Assembly (NCBI GenBank): GCA_011523845.1
Contig: WTFV01000225.1
Coordinates: 8,747-72,746 of the forward strand
DNA: 64,000 bases
Reading direction: 5' to 3'
Source of the DNA: Acidobacteriota bacterium
Lineage (GTDB): Bacteria; Acidobacteriota; Vicinamibacteria; Vicinamibacterales; UBA8438
Of the stretch, positions 47,577-59,903 are shown in pieces (position 1 is the stretch's first letter; each line of letters opens with the position of its first letter). A program made the position numbers and the translations under genes. The notes below the pieces were generated by a model. It saw only the letters and a program-made list of their open reading frames with translations. It had not been told where the DNA came from and searched no databases.

Positions 47577-49816
47577 CGCGCATGGAACCGACTACCACGA
47601 GGCCGCCGACCGAATCCCTGGACGCCTTGCTGCGCCCGGCGTCGGTAGCCATCATCGGCGCCTCGAACGACCCGACGCGCATCGGCGGGCGTCCGCTTCG
47701 ATACCTGCGGGAAGCCGGCTTCCCGGGACAGGTCTATCCCGTCAATCCGAAGCACCGGGAGGTGCAGGGACTCCCGGCGTTTCCGCACATATCCGGCGTG
47801 CCGGAAGCGGTCGATCTGGCGATCGTCGCGGTGCCTGCCCCGAGCGTCGTCGACACCGTCGAGGCGTGCGCGACCCGCGGCGTGCGGGTGGCGGTCATCT
47901 ACAGCGCCGGCTTCGCGGAGATGAGCGCCGAGGGTCGCCGGCTGCAGCGGCGGCTGAGTGACATCGCGGCGGAGACCGGCCTCCGCATCGTCGGGCCCAA
48001 CTGCCTCGGCGTCTACAACTCGGAGCTCGGCTTCTTCGCCACGTTCAGCACGACGCTGGAGGACGGCTTCCCCGCGCCGGGCGGCGTCGCGCTGGTCAGC
48101 CAGAGCGGCGCCTACGGCAGCCACCTGTCGCTGCTGGCCCGCAAGCGGAACATCGACGTCCGCTACTGGGTGACGACCGGCAACGAGGCGGACGTCTCGG
48201 TGCCGGAGGTGCTCGGGTGGCTGGCGGAGCAGGACGACGTGTCCGTGATCATGGCTCACGCCGAGGGCATCACGGACCGGGACGCGCTCGTGCGCGCCCT
48301 GGGCACGGCGCGCGCCCGCCGCAAGCCGGTCGTGTTCCAGAAAGTGGGAACCACCGAGGTGGGCGCGCAGGCGGCTCGCTCGCACACCGCCTCGCTCGCC
48401 GGCGCCGACCCCGTCTACGAGGCGGCGTTCCGGCAGTTCGGCGCCTACCGCGCACGCGATACGGACGAGATGCTGGACGTCGCCTACGCGGCCGGCTTCG
48501 GCGTCTTTCCGGAGAGCCCGCGCGTCGCGCTCGTTTCCATCTCGGGCGGCGTCGGCGTGCAGATGGCGGACGCGGCGGTCGGCTTCGGCCTCGACGTGGC
48601 GCCGCTGAGCGAGTCGGCGCAGAACCGGCTGAAGGCCGCCCTACCCTACGCCTCGCCCCGCAACCCGGTCGACATCACCGCGCAGGCGTTCAACCGGATC
48701 GACCTGATCGCCGACAACCTGGGGATCGTCTTCGAGGAGGAGCGACACGACGCGGTGGTCGCCTTCTTCACCTACGTGGCGGCCGCCGAAGGCATGGTCG
48801 AGCCCATCCGCCAGGCGATCCACGCCGCCCGCGAGCGGCGGCCCGGCTGCGCGCTGGTGCTGTCCATCGTCGCTCCGCCGGACGTCGTGCGTCAGTACGA
48901 GGCGGTCGGCTGCCCCGTGTTCGAGGATCCGACCCGCGCCGTGCGGTCCGTCGCGGCGCTGCACCGGTTCAGCCGGATCTTCGCAGAGAGTGGGGACGAA
49001 GTCCTATCGGAAGGCGTCGGCGGAACGGTGGGCGTTCTCGCCGCGGACGTTCCCACCGCGGATGCCTCCACCGTCGAGCCGCGCACCGGCAGAACGGCGA
49101 CTCCCCCGATCATCGCACCGCGCAGGAGGAACCTCCCCGACGGTCCCCTCTCGGAGCGGCAGGCGAAGCGCCTCCTCTCGGAAGCGGGCGTGCCGGTGGT
49201 CCGGGAGGAGCTCGCACGGACCGCCGACGAGACCGCGCGCATCAGCGCCGCTTTCGATGCGCCGGTGGCGGTCAAGCTGTGCGCGCCGGGAATCCTGCAC
49301 AAGACCGAAATCGGCGGTGTCGTGCTCGACGTGTCGAACGATGCGGAGGCCCGCAGCGCCTATGAGGCGATCACTTCCCGCGCCCGCGCGGCGGACCCGT
49401 CAGTTCGCATCGAGGGCGTGCTGGTGGCGCCGATGGTCACCGGCGGCGTCGAAACGATCCTCGGCGTCCGCTGCGACCCGACGTTCGGACCCGTCGTCAT
49501 GTTCGGTCTCGGCGGGACCCTCGTGGAGGTGATCGAGGACGTGAGCTTCCGCGTGGCGCCGTTCGGCGAAGCCGAGGCCCGGCGGATGATTGCAGAGACG
49601 CGCGCCGGCAAGATACTCCGCGGAACGCGCGGCAAGGGTCCGTACGACCTCTCCGCCTTGGCAACGACCCTGTCACGCCTGTCGGTCTTCGCGGCGGAGC
49701 ACGGCGACACCATCGAGAGTGCGGAGATCAACCCGTTCGTCGTGCTCCCGGAAGGTCGCGGCGCCGTCGCGCTCGACGCCGTGATCGTGACCCGCGCCCC
49801 GGAGATGCCGGCCTGA
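47573..49816 (+). CDS. acetate/acyl-CoA ligase (ADP-forming) family protein
   Basis: LLRPASVAIIGAS, GPNCLG, SQSG, SHTASLAG, NPVD, HKTEIGGV, EINP. Confidence 0.92.
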   Translation: MTRMEPTTTRPPTESLDALLRPASVAIIGASNDPTRIGGRPLRYLREAGFPGQVYPVNPKHREVQGLPAFPHISGVPEAVDLAIVAVPAPSVVDTVEACATRGVRVAVIYSAGFAEMSAEGRRLQRRLSDIAAETGLRIVGPNCLGVYNSELGFFATFSTTLEDGFPAPGGVALVSQSGAYGSHLSLLARKRNIDVRYWVTTGNEADVSVPEVLGWLAEQDDVSVIMAHAEGITDRDALVRALGTARARRKPVVFQKVGTTEVGAQAARSHTASLAGADPVYEAAFRQFGAYRARDTDEMLDVAYAAGFGVFPESPRVALVSISGGVGVQMADAAVGFGLDVAPLSESAQNRLKAALPYASPRNPVDITAQAFNRIDLIADNLGIVFEEERHDAVVAFFTYVAAAEGMVEPIRQAIHAARERRPGCALVLSIVAPPDVVRQYEAVGCPVFEDPTRAVRSVAALHRFSRIFAESGDEVLSEGVGGTVGVLAADVPTADASTVEPRTGRTATPPIIAPRRRNLPDGPLSERQAKRLLSEAGVPVVREELARTADETARISAAFDAPVAVKLCAPGILHKTEIGGVVLDVSNDAEARSAYEAITSRARAADPSVRIEGVLVAPMVTGGVETILGVRCDPTFGPVVMFGLGGTLVEVIEDVSFRVAPFGEAEARRMIAETRAGKILRGTRGKGPYDLSALATTLSRLSVFAAEHGDTIESAEINPFVVLPEGRGAVALDAVIVTRAPEMPA

Positions 49817-49855
49817 AGCTGGTACCATGCGTTCGGTTCCAGGACGGGCCTGCAA

Positions 49856-51217
49856 GTGAGTGGTACGTCGAGTTCGCCATATACGCCGCCTGACGATCTC
49901 TGGGAGGTCAACCGCTCGTTGCAGATCGATGAGCCTCTCGACGGATCGAACGATCCCCGCTGGGTCGACACGGGAGAGGCGCGAGGCGAGTACAGCCTTC
50001 GCTCCCTCTATCGAGCGCTCGGCGTGGAGGACGCGGAGAGCCCTTCCACGCGGCGGCTCAGGACGCCGCCTGACCGCGGCTACTACCTGTTCTGCGGGCA
50101 CCGCGGCTGCGGCAAGAGCACCGAGCTGCGACGTATCCGGAACGACCTGCACGCGCCGGACGTCTACTACGTCGCCTTTGCGGATGCAGCCCGCGACCTC
50201 GACCCCAACAACCTGCGCTACCAGGACGTCCTGCTGCACCTGGCCGCAACGCTGACCAGGCGGCTCGAAGACGACGGGGTCGCCATCGACGACGTGCACC
50301 TCGAGCGGCTCCGAAGCTGGTTCGATCAGCGGGTGGAGGAGCAGGCGGACATCGAGGAATTGACACGGCAGGTCAAGGCCGGCGCGCAGGTTGCCGCAGG
50401 GCTCCCCTATCTCGGGAAACTCCTGGCCGCGATCAGCACCGCCTTCAAGACGAACGCCACCCACAAGGAAGTGCTGCGGCGCACGTTGAAGAACTACTTC
50501 AGTGACTTCGCGGAAGCGTTCAATCATCTCATCGCGGCGGCCGAGGACGCCCTGCGCGAGGCGGACAGGGGCAGTCGGATCCTCTTCATGATCGACGGCA
50601 CGGATCAGCTCAGCGAAGAGGATGCACATGCGTTCTTCATCACCGACGTTCATCAGCTTCAACAGGTGCGAGCACTGTTCCTCTACTGCGCGCCCATCCA
50701 CCTGATCTACGAAGCCGCGGCCATTCAGCAGAACTTCGGCGTGTTCCGACTGCCCATGCTCAAGACCCAGAACGAAAGCGATGCCGCCAACGAGGCCGGG
50801 CGCCGCGCGATGCAGGATCTGCTCTACCGGCGCGCCGCACCCGAACTATTCGACGACGGCGTAGCCGACTATCTGATCGACCACAGCGGAGGACACCCGC
50901 GCGACCTGCTGCGGTTGTTGCAGCAGGCGTTCCAGTACGCCGAGCACGATCGGTTCGACGATGCCGCCGCGCAACGCGCCGTACGCGAAACGGCCTCCAT
51001 GTTCCGACGTATCCTGGAGCCCGAGGACTACCGGCTTCTGGCCGAGATCGACTCGAGCGCGGAGCAACCTCCCAGCACCGAGCGCACCCGCCACCTGCTC
51101 TACAACCTCGCGCTGCTGGAGTACAACGACTACTTCTGGCGCAGTCATCCCGCTATCAGGACGACGGATGCCTACCGCAACGCAAGGCGCCGGATCGATG
51201 GGACCGGCAACGGATAG
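49856..51217 (+). CDS. P-loop ATPase (STAND/KAP/AAA_16-like)
   Basis: GHRGCGKSTEL, FMIDGTD, SGGHPRDLLRL, winged-helix-like end LLYNLALLEYN..HP. Confidence 0.88.
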   Translation: MSGTSSSPYTPPDDLWEVNRSLQIDEPLDGSNDPRWVDTGEARGEYSLRSLYRALGVEDAESPSTRRLRTPPDRGYYLFCGHRGCGKSTELRRIRNDLHAPDVYYVAFADAARDLDPNNLRYQDVLLHLAATLTRRLEDDGVAIDDVHLERLRSWFDQRVEEQADIEELTRQVKAGAQVAAGLPYLGKLLAAISTAFKTNATHKEVLRRTLKNYFSDFAEAFNHLIAAAEDALREADRGSRILFMIDGTDQLSEEDAHAFFITDVHQLQQVRALFLYCAPIHLIYEAAAIQQNFGVFRLPMLKTQNESDAANEAGRRAMQDLLYRRAAPELFDDGVADYLIDHSGGHPRDLLRLLQQAFQYAEHDRFDDAAAQRAVRETASMFRRILEPEDYRLLAEIDSSAEQPPSTERTRHLLYNLALLEYNDYFWRSHPAIRTTDAYRNARRRIDGTGNG

Positions 51218-52706
51218 CCCGCTCCCGCCCTGGACCCTGCGCTCGGAGCACTCCGGGACCTTCCTGCGCCTTCAGCGCCTGCTGAACGGTCGAGCATCGT
51301 TCACGCTGTGCTTCCTGACCTTTTCGGACAGCGTGTATCGCGACGAAGTGGCCGACTTTCTGGGAGGACGGCTGAAGGCGCTCGTCCGCGTGGCGATCGA
51401 GCCGGAGGAGCGAATCGGTACGGAGGTTCTGTTCGACCGGCTGAGTGCGGATGCAGACAGCGGGCCTGCCCAGGTCATGGACCTGGAGTCCTGGCCAGAC
51501 GGATTCGACAACCTGTTGGGTCGCCTCAACCAGCGCCGAGAGGCGCTCGCCGAGCGTTGCCCGCGCCCACTGCTGGTCTGGGTGCTGTCCAGCAACCTGA
51601 AGAAGGTCGCAACGCGCGCCGCGGACCTTTGGGCCTGGCGTTCCGGGGTGTTCGATTTCACCCTGCCGCTCACGGGCGTCCGGACCGACCGGCATCAAAC
51701 TCACCTCGGCGGTCCGGCAATGTTCACACCCGATCGCCAGGGGCGTGTCGACAGATTGCAGAAGTACCTGGCGAAACACTCTCCTTCAAGCCCGGCCGAC
51801 GTCGACCTGCTGCTCGATCTCGGGGATCTGCAGAGGTCGCTCGGAAACGTGGCGGAAGCAGAATCCGCTTATTCGCGCGCGTTGAAAACGGTCGCAAGGC
51901 TGGACGATCCGAGACGACGCGCCATCACGTACGGCAGAATCGCCGACATCCGGCAGGAGCGCGGGCAACTCGACGAAGCCCTGCGTATACTGACCGAAGA
52001 ACAACTGCCCGTCTTCGAGAAACTCGGCGACGCTCGTCAGCAGGCCATCACGCAGGCCAGAATCGCCGATGTTCTGCAGGTCCGCGGCCAACTCGACGAA
52101 GCCCTGCGCATCCGAACCGAAGAACAACTGCCCGTCTTCGAGAGACTCGGCGACATCCGCTCCCGCGCCATCACCCAGAGCAGAATCGCCGACATCCTGC
52201 AGGCACGCGGGCAACTCGACGAAGCCCTGCGCATACTGACCGAAGAACAATTACCCGTCTTCGAACAGCTCGGTGACGCCCGCTCGCAAGCCATCACACA
52301 AGGGCAAATCGCCGACATCCTGCAGACACGCGGGCAACTCGACGAAGCCCTGCGGCTCCGAACCGAAGAACAACTGCCCGTCTTCGAGAAACTCGGCGAC
52401 ATCCGCTCCCGCGCCATCGCCCAGGGCGAAATCGCCGACATCCTCCGGACACGCGGGCAACTCGACGAAGCCCTGCGCATACTGACCGAAGAGCAACTGC
52501 CCGTCTTCGAGAAACTCGGCGACGTCCACGCCCTCGCCATCACGCAGGGCAGAATCGCCGGGATCATGCAAGAGCGCGGGCAACTGGACGATGCCCTCCG
52601 AATCTATGAACAGCAGGTGCTGCCCACCTTCGAGGCACTGAATCTCCCCGTGGAGATCGACCGCGTCCGAGCACGTATTGCGGCACTGCGGGCGAGCCTC
52701 GGATGA
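51198..52706 (+). CDS. TPR-repeat protein with N-terminal degenerate NTPase-like domain
   Basis: LNQRRE..PLLVW..A.DLWAWRSGVFDF followed by six 41-aa repeats; overlaps the ATPase. Confidence 0.88.
   Translation: MGPATDSPLPPWTLRSEHSGTFLRLQRLLNGRASFTLCFLTFSDSVYRDEVADFLGGRLKALVRVAIEPEERIGTEVLFDRLSADADSGPAQVMDLESWPDGFDNLLGRLNQRREALAERCPRPLLVWVLSSNLKKVATRAADLWAWRSGVFDFTLPLTGVRTDRHQTHLGGPAMFTPDRQGRVDRLQKYLAKHSPSSPADVDLLLDLGDLQRSLGNVAEAESAYSRALKTVARLDDPRRRAITYGRIADIRQERGQLDEALRILTEEQLPVFEKLGDARQQAITQARIADVLQVRGQLDEALRIRTEEQLPVFERLGDIRSRAITQSRIADILQARGQLDEALRILTEEQLPVFEQLGDARSQAITQGQIADILQTRGQLDEALRLRTEEQLPVFEKLGDIRSRAIAQGEIADILRTRGQLDEALRILTEEQLPVFEKLGDVHALAITQGRIAGIMQERGQLDDALRIYEQQVLPTFEALNLPVEIDRVRARIAALRASLG
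51921..52655 (+). repeat. intragenic 123-bp tandem repeats (six, last diverged)
   Basis: GCCATCACG at 51921 and 52044; GGGCAACTCGACGAAGCCCTGCG recurs with 123-bp period. Confidence 0.92.
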
Positions 52707-52832
52707 CGTTTTCGCCAGCGTATTCGACGCCGGCTCGCGGGCGCAACAGGAAACAGGCAGGCCGCAGGGAAACTCCCCACCACCTGCCTGCCCATCGCGA
52801 CTCGACGGCGATGAGAGCCGGAATCGATCTCG

Positions 52833-54968
<2,136 letters not shown>

Positions 54969-55079
54969 CTTGGATGTGCCTCTGGGAACGGATTCCTGCA
55001 TTCACGGTCCGACCGTGGACGGACCGGTTTCTCACCCTCTTGTACTGTTTCCGGAGCATACTCGCGGTTCGGGGTGCCG

Positions 55080-55095
55080 ACTACAAGATTGTAGT
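55080..55095. promoter_or_regulatory. palindrome ACTACAA-GA-TTGTAGT overlapping a TACAAT -10 of the radical SAM gene
   Basis: Perfect 7-bp arms, AT-rich in GC-rich context. Confidence 0.6.
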
Positions 55096-55139
55096 GGAGG
55101 GGCGGAACCACGGCCTGAGTGGTCGTTACGACGCCTGAA

Positions 55140-55393
55140 CGGACCGCACGTCCGAGGCGAATTCCCCGCTGCCACGGACCGGCGGCGCACCCGGTCCGGC
55201 ACCGGGAGACGCCGGACCGCGCGTCCGAGGCGAATTCCCCGCTGCCACGGACCGGCGGCACGTCCGGCCCGGCACCGGGAGACGCCGGCCGCGCGTCCGA
55301 GGCGAATTCCCCGCCGCCACGGACCGGCAGCACGTCCGGTCCGGCACCGGGGGACGCCGGACCGCACGTCCGAGGCGAATTCCCCGCTGCCAC
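55140..55393. repeat. tandem ~73-bp repeats (3.5 copies)
   Basis: CGTCCGAGGCGAATTCCCCG(C/T)GCCAC-type core appears four times with similar linkers. Confidence 0.9.
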
Positions 55394-55586
55394 CGGGGAC
55401 AGCGCCCGGCTCGGCGTGCCGGGACGGAGTCCCCGACGTCCGCGCGGCTACGTGGGACGTGTCCAGGACCTCCTGCGCCCGGATCGGCGTGCCGGAACCG
55501 AGTCTCCGACTTGCTCCGGTCGCCTCGCGAGAACGCGAGGCGGGGAGACGGGAAGAGACGGGAAGACGCGCCGAGGAAGGGGTGGG

Positions 55587-56243
55587 TCAGGACCCACCCG
55601 CGGCCAGCGCGTACTGCCGGAACGTCAGGCTGACTCGCCCGCGCAGCCCCAGGACCGGCGGTCCGGACCCGCGCAGGATGCGGGCGATGCCGTGGTAGCG
55701 CAACCGGCCGGGCCCGCCCATCACGAACGCGTCCCCCGAGCGCAACTCGATTGCCGTGGTGGGTTCCCGGCGGCGAAGGCCGCCGAGCAGGAACCGGCCG
55801 GAATCCCCGAGCGAGAGCGAAACGACCGGCACGCCCGCGTCGAGTGTGGACGCGTCCTCGTCCTTGTCCTGGTGCAGGCCCATCCTGCCGTCGTCGCCGT
55901 AGCGGTTGACGAGGCAGATGTCCGGGTCGATAGTGAAGCCGGCCGCGGCGGCCGCGTCCACCGCCAGGCGGGCCAGCGCGAGCGGCAACGGAGGCGCCGG
56001 CAGTCCATCGTGGTCCGACCGCTGCCACTCGTACGTGTAGGTTCGCGCGTTCCAGTGGCGGCCGAGGCAGAGCATGTCGCAGTGCATGAAGCCGCCGCCA
56101 CGGACTCGAGGGCGATAGAAGCCGGCCGCTCCGTCAGCCAGCGCCTGCACGGTCGCAAGGACGCGACGCTGCTCGGGCGGCGACAGGTATCCGGGCAGAT
56201 GGAACGTGCCCGGCGCAAGCTCGACGGTCTCGGCGGCAGACAT
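55587..56243 (-). CDS. alkB: AlkB-family 2OG-Fe(II) dioxygenase
   Basis: PDICLVNRY, MGLHQDKDE, VVSLSLG, RLRYHG, RVSLTFR. Confidence 0.88.
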   Translation of the reverse strand: MSAAETVELAPGTFHLPGYLSPPEQRRVLATVQALADGAAGFYRPRVRGGGFMHCDMLCLGRHWNARTYTYEWQRSDHDGLPAPPLPLALARLAVDAAAAAGFTIDPDICLVNRYGDDGRMGLHQDKDEDASTLDAGVPVVSLSLGDSGRFLLGGLRRREPTTAIELRSGDAFVMGGPGRLRYHGIARILRGSGPPVLGLRGRVSLTFRQYALAAGGS

Positions 56244-56310
56244 GACGATCGGACAATCGGCAGCGTTCGGACCGGCACTCGCACGGGCGCGTCCGTGCTC
56301 GACCGGTGCG

Positions 56311-56418
56311 GTGCCGAAACGGTCCCCCGCAATCGTACCGCTATCAGACGCCCGGCCGGCTCCGGACGGCGGTACCGCGGGAGTGCCGAAACAGTCCCCG
56401 GCAATCGTACCGCTATCA
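56311..56418. repeat. 72-bp-period duplication of a promoter region
   Basis: GTGCCGAAAC.GTCCCC.GCAATCGTACCGCTATCA present twice; the second copy ends in the -10 TATCAT. Confidence 0.8.
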
Positions 56419-56426
56419 TCACCGGC

Positions 56427-57578
56427 ATGCCGCGCTCCCCCGATGTCGTGGTGGTCGGCGCCGGTACCTTCGGCGCCTGGACCGCCTGGCACCTGCGCCG
56501 GGCCGGGCATGCGGTGAAGCTCGTCGATGCGTTCGGAGCCGGCCATTCGCGGGCGAGCTCGGGGGGCGAGTCGCGCATCATCCGCATGGGCTACGGAGAC
56601 CGGACGCTCTACTCCCGCTGGGCGCGCGAGTCGCTTCCGCAGTGGAAGCAGTTGCTCGACGAGGCCGGCCGGCCGGACCTGTTCCATGAGACCGGCGTCC
56701 TGTGGCTCGGCCGCGATGCCGACCCGCACGTCGGCGCAACCGCCCTGACGCTCGACCGGCTCGGCGTGGTCGCGGAATCGCTCGATCCCGCGGACCTGCG
56801 GTCGCGGTTTCCCGCACTGGACTTCACCGGCATCACGCGGGGCGTGTTCGAGCCCGGCAGCGGAGTGCTGCTGGCCCGCCGGGCCGTCAACGCGGTGGTG
56901 GATCAGGCGGTGCGCCACGGCGTCGACTACCGTGTGGCGTCCGTCGACCCGTCCGGCCTGTCCGGGGGCGCGGATGCCCTGCGGCTCGGCGGCGGCGCCC
57001 GTCTGTCGGCCGGCACGTTCGTCTTCGCCTGCGGCCCCTGGCTGCCGGCGCTCTTCCCCGATCTGCTCGGTCCGCTGCTGCGCACGACCCGCCAGGAGGT
57101 GTTCTTTCTCGGTACGCCGGCCGGGGATCGGCGATTCAGGCCGCCGGCGCTGCCGGCCTGGATCGACTTCCACGCGGGAGCCTACGGTCTCCCGGACATC
57201 GAGGGCCGCGGCGCCAAGGTGGGCCTCACCGCGCTGGGCCCGGCCTTCGACCCGGACCGCGGCGACCGGGCGCCGTCCGCCGAGGGGCTGGCTGCCGCAC
57301 GGCGATTCGCCGCCACCCGGCTGCCGGCTCTGCGCGATGCGCCGCTACTGGAAGCGAGGGTCTGCCAGTACACGAACACGCCGAGCGGCGACCTGCTGAT
57401 CGATCGCCATCCCGACCGCGACAGCGTGTGGCTCGCCGGCGGCGGATCCGGCCACGGATTCAAGCTCGGGCCGGCCGTCGGGGCCTACGTTGCCGCCCGG
57501 GTTGCCGGAACCGTCCCCGGCGAAGACCTCGTCGGCCTGCCAGCAAAACGGCACGGGCAGGAGCGCACCGTCCTGTGA
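56427..57578 (+). CDS. FAD-dependent oxidoreductase (sarcosine oxidase/SolA-like)
   Basis: VVGAGTFG, SSGGESRIIR, VCQYTNTP, GGSGHGFKLGP. Confidence 0.9.
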   Translation: MPRSPDVVVVGAGTFGAWTAWHLRRAGHAVKLVDAFGAGHSRASSGGESRIIRMGYGDRTLYSRWARESLPQWKQLLDEAGRPDLFHETGVLWLGRDADPHVGATALTLDRLGVVAESLDPADLRSRFPALDFTGITRGVFEPGSGVLLARRAVNAVVDQAVRHGVDYRVASVDPSGLSGGADALRLGGGARLSAGTFVFACGPWLPALFPDLLGPLLRTTRQEVFFLGTPAGDRRFRPPALPAWIDFHAGAYGLPDIEGRGAKVGLTALGPAFDPDRGDRAPSAEGLAAARRFAATRLPALRDAPLLEARVCQYTNTPSGDLLIDRHPDRDSVWLAGGGSGHGFKLGPAVGAYVAARVAGTVPGEDLVGLPAKRHGQERTVL

Positions 57579-57609
57579 AGCCATAGCAGTGATGCACCCG
57601 GCCCCGCGC

Positions 57610-57766
57610 GACCTGTGGCAAGGGCCCCGCTGCATTCGAGCGGCGATGCATCCCGCGTGGACGGCGTTCTCCTCGGTCGAATATGCCCTCTCTGCCCCCT
57701 CGTCGCGCCTTGCCACGCGGGCGCCTCGCCGCGCTCGGCGCCACGCGGGTTCACCACGGACTGCCG
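57610..57766 (+). mobile_element. MITE-like family B copy
   Basis: Shared core; right end TTCACCACGGACTGCC. Confidence 0.7.
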
Positions 57767-57882
57767 GGCCGGCCCCGCCGTTCCACCTCCCAAGGGCGGC
57801 ACTCTCCTTGCAACGGAACTGCCAGGCCGGCCCCGCCGTTTGACCTCCCAACCCAAGGGCGGCACTCTCCTTGCAACGGAAT
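57764..57882. repeat. ~63-bp-period direct duplication
   Basis: GGCCGGCCCCGCCGTT..CCCAAGGGCGGCACTCTCCTTGCAACGGAA present twice. Confidence 0.8.
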
Positions 57883-58017
57883 CGGTGGTATGATGCCGGC
57901 CCTGCACGAGCAGAGCGCTGATCACCAGCCGCGGCCGGCCGGGAGCGCTGCAATGAACCGGGAATCCGTGGAAGACGTACTCGGAAGTCTCGATCGGCGC
58001 ATCGGAAGGATCGGCGT

Positions 58018-58659
58018 TCACCGAGCCGCGGAGCGAGCGGGACCTGCCGCCCCGGCTCGCATCGCGCCGCCCTGCCCGCGGTAGCGGTACGCCACGCGGG
58101 CGCCCAGCAGGACGGTGAGAATCGCCGCGTAGATCAGCGGCTCGCCGATGTCGATCTTGACCAGCCAGAGAAAGTGCACCACGCCGGCGACGGCGCTCGC
58201 GTAGACCAGGCGGTGCAGCGTCGCCCACCGCTTCCCCAGCCGACGGATCCAGCCCTGCGTCGAGGTCACCGCCAGGGGAATCATCAGTACGAAGCCGACG
58301 AATCCGGCCGTCACGTACTTCCGTTCGGCGACGTCGTCGATGATCAGCAGCAGATCGAAGAAGTGATCGAAGACCAGATAGGTCGAGAAATGCAGCACGG
58401 CGTAGAAGAACGCGAACAGGCCGAACATCCGCCGGAAGCGGACCAGCGCGTGCCAGCCGGCGAGCCGGCGCAACGGGGTGACCGCGAGCGTCACCAGCAG
58501 GAGCCGGAGCGCCCAGTCGCCCGTGCGGTGCGTGATGTCCTCGATCGGGTTGACGCCGAGGCCGCCGGTGAACGCGTCCCAGCCCAGCAGAAGCGCCGGA
58601 ACCAGACAGGCGACGAAGACGAGCGGCTTGACGCGGGGCATCCAGGACACTGTGGACAT
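58018..58659 (-). CDS. msrQ: methionine sulfoxide reductase heme subunit
   Basis: TGDWAL, RRMFGLFAFFY..LH, LAVTS, WATLHRLVY. Confidence 0.93.
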   Translation of the reverse strand: MSTVSWMPRVKPLVFVACLVPALLLGWDAFTGGLGVNPIEDITHRTGDWALRLLLVTLAVTPLRRLAGWHALVRFRRMFGLFAFFYAVLHFSTYLVFDHFFDLLLIIDDVAERKYVTAGFVGFVLMIPLAVTSTQGWIRRLGKRWATLHRLVYASAVAGVVHFLWLVKIDIGEPLIYAAILTVLLGARVAYRYRGQGGAMRAGAAGPARSAAR

Positions 58660-58665
58660 GCGCTG

Positions 58666-58835
58666 TCAGCAACCCGTGGTGGAACCCCGCGTCGCACCGA
58701 GAGCGGCGAGGCGCCCCGACACCCGGTACCCGGCGTGAGGAGGGCGCATATTGGGCATATTCAACCGACGAACAACGCAGTCAGGCGGGATGCATCGACG
58801 CCGAATGCACCGGGGACTCTCGCCATGCGCTGCCA
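58666..58835 (-). mobile_element. MITE-like family B copy between msrP and msrQ
   Basis: Reverse complement is closely similar to 63456-63621. Confidence 0.8.
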
Positions 58836-58860
58836 TGGTGCCGCGGGCCGGCACGCCGGC

Positions 58861-59823
58861 TCAGTAGTTCCTCGCCAGGTCCATCCCTTCGTACATCCGG
58901 GCGACCCGGTAGCCGTACCCGTTGAACATCTGCGTCCGCTGGCGGAAGAAGTTGCCGATGCGCCGCTCCATCGCCTGCGACCAGCGCGGGTGATCGACCT
59001 CCGGATTGACGTTCGCGTAGAACCCGTACTCGTGGGGGATCGCGACGTTCCAGGTGTTGCGCGGCTGGTCCTCGACGAACTGGATCCTGACGATCGACTT
59101 GATGCTCTTGAAGCCGTACTTCCAGGGCACGACCAGGCGAATCGGCGCCCCGTTCTGGTTCAGCAGCGTCTTGCCGTAGATGCCGACGGCGAGAATCGTC
59201 AGCGGGTTCATCGCCTCGTCCATCCGCAGCCCCTCGACGTACGGGTACTGGAGGTTGCGGGCGCGCTGCCCCCGGAACTCCGACGGGCGGTAGAGGGTCT
59301 CGAAACGGACGTAGTTCGCCCGCGACGTCGGTTCGAAGCGCCGGATGAGGTTGCGGAGCGGGAAGCCGACCCAGGGGACCACCATCGACCAGGCCTCGAC
59401 GCAGCGCAGCCTGTAGATGCGCTCCTCGAGCGTGTGCGGACTCAGGATGTCCTCGAGCGTGTAGTCGGCATCCGGGCGGTTCATGTGGCCCTCGACGCGC
59501 ACCGACCACGGCTCGACGGTCAGCTCGTCGGCGTACCGCTTCGGATCCTCCTTGTCGAGACCGAACTCGTAGAAGTTGTTGTAGCTGGTGATCTCCTCGT
59601 AGGAGTTCAGTCGTTCGTCGGTACTGAACTGGCTCGGCCGCAACTCGCCGAGATCCTCCTGCGGCGCGGCCTGCAGACCGCCGTCCGGCTGGCCGAGCAC
59701 GGTTGCGCCGGCCGCGCCGAGCGCGGCGCCGGAAGCGGTCCGGATGAACTGCCGCCGGTTCCAGTAGAGCCGCTCGGGCGTAATCTCGGAAGAGCGGATG
59801 TCGGGCGCCTGTTTGATCAGCAT
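58861..59823 (-). CDS. msrP: methionine sulfoxide reductase molybdopterin subunit
   Basis: SEITPE, RRQF Tat motif, YNNFYEFG, RLRCVEAWS, PWKYGFKSIK, HPRWSQA. Confidence 0.96.
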   Translation of the reverse strand: MLIKQAPDIRSSEITPERLYWNRRQFIRTASGAALGAAGATVLGQPDGGLQAAPQEDLGELRPSQFSTDERLNSYEEITSYNNFYEFGLDKEDPKRYADELTVEPWSVRVEGHMNRPDADYTLEDILSPHTLEERIYRLRCVEAWSMVVPWVGFPLRNLIRRFEPTSRANYVRFETLYRPSEFRGQRARNLQYPYVEGLRMDEAMNPLTILAVGIYGKTLLNQNGAPIRLVVPWKYGFKSIKSIVRIQFVEDQPRNTWNVAIPHEYGFYANVNPEVDHPRWSQAMERRIGNFFRQRTQMFNGYGYRVARMYEGMDLARNY

Positions 59824-59903
59824 CGGTCTACCCCTGCCTCGTGCCGCGCGTGCGCTGCCATTGCCGTGTCCCTGATCATGGTCCCCCCGCGACCAATCGC
59901 TTG

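Noticed and set aside
55140-55393. Possible CRISPR array (about 30-bp core with 73-bp period)
   Set aside because: The intervening segments are near-identical to each other rather than unique spacers, and there are no cas genes; it is a tandem repeat.
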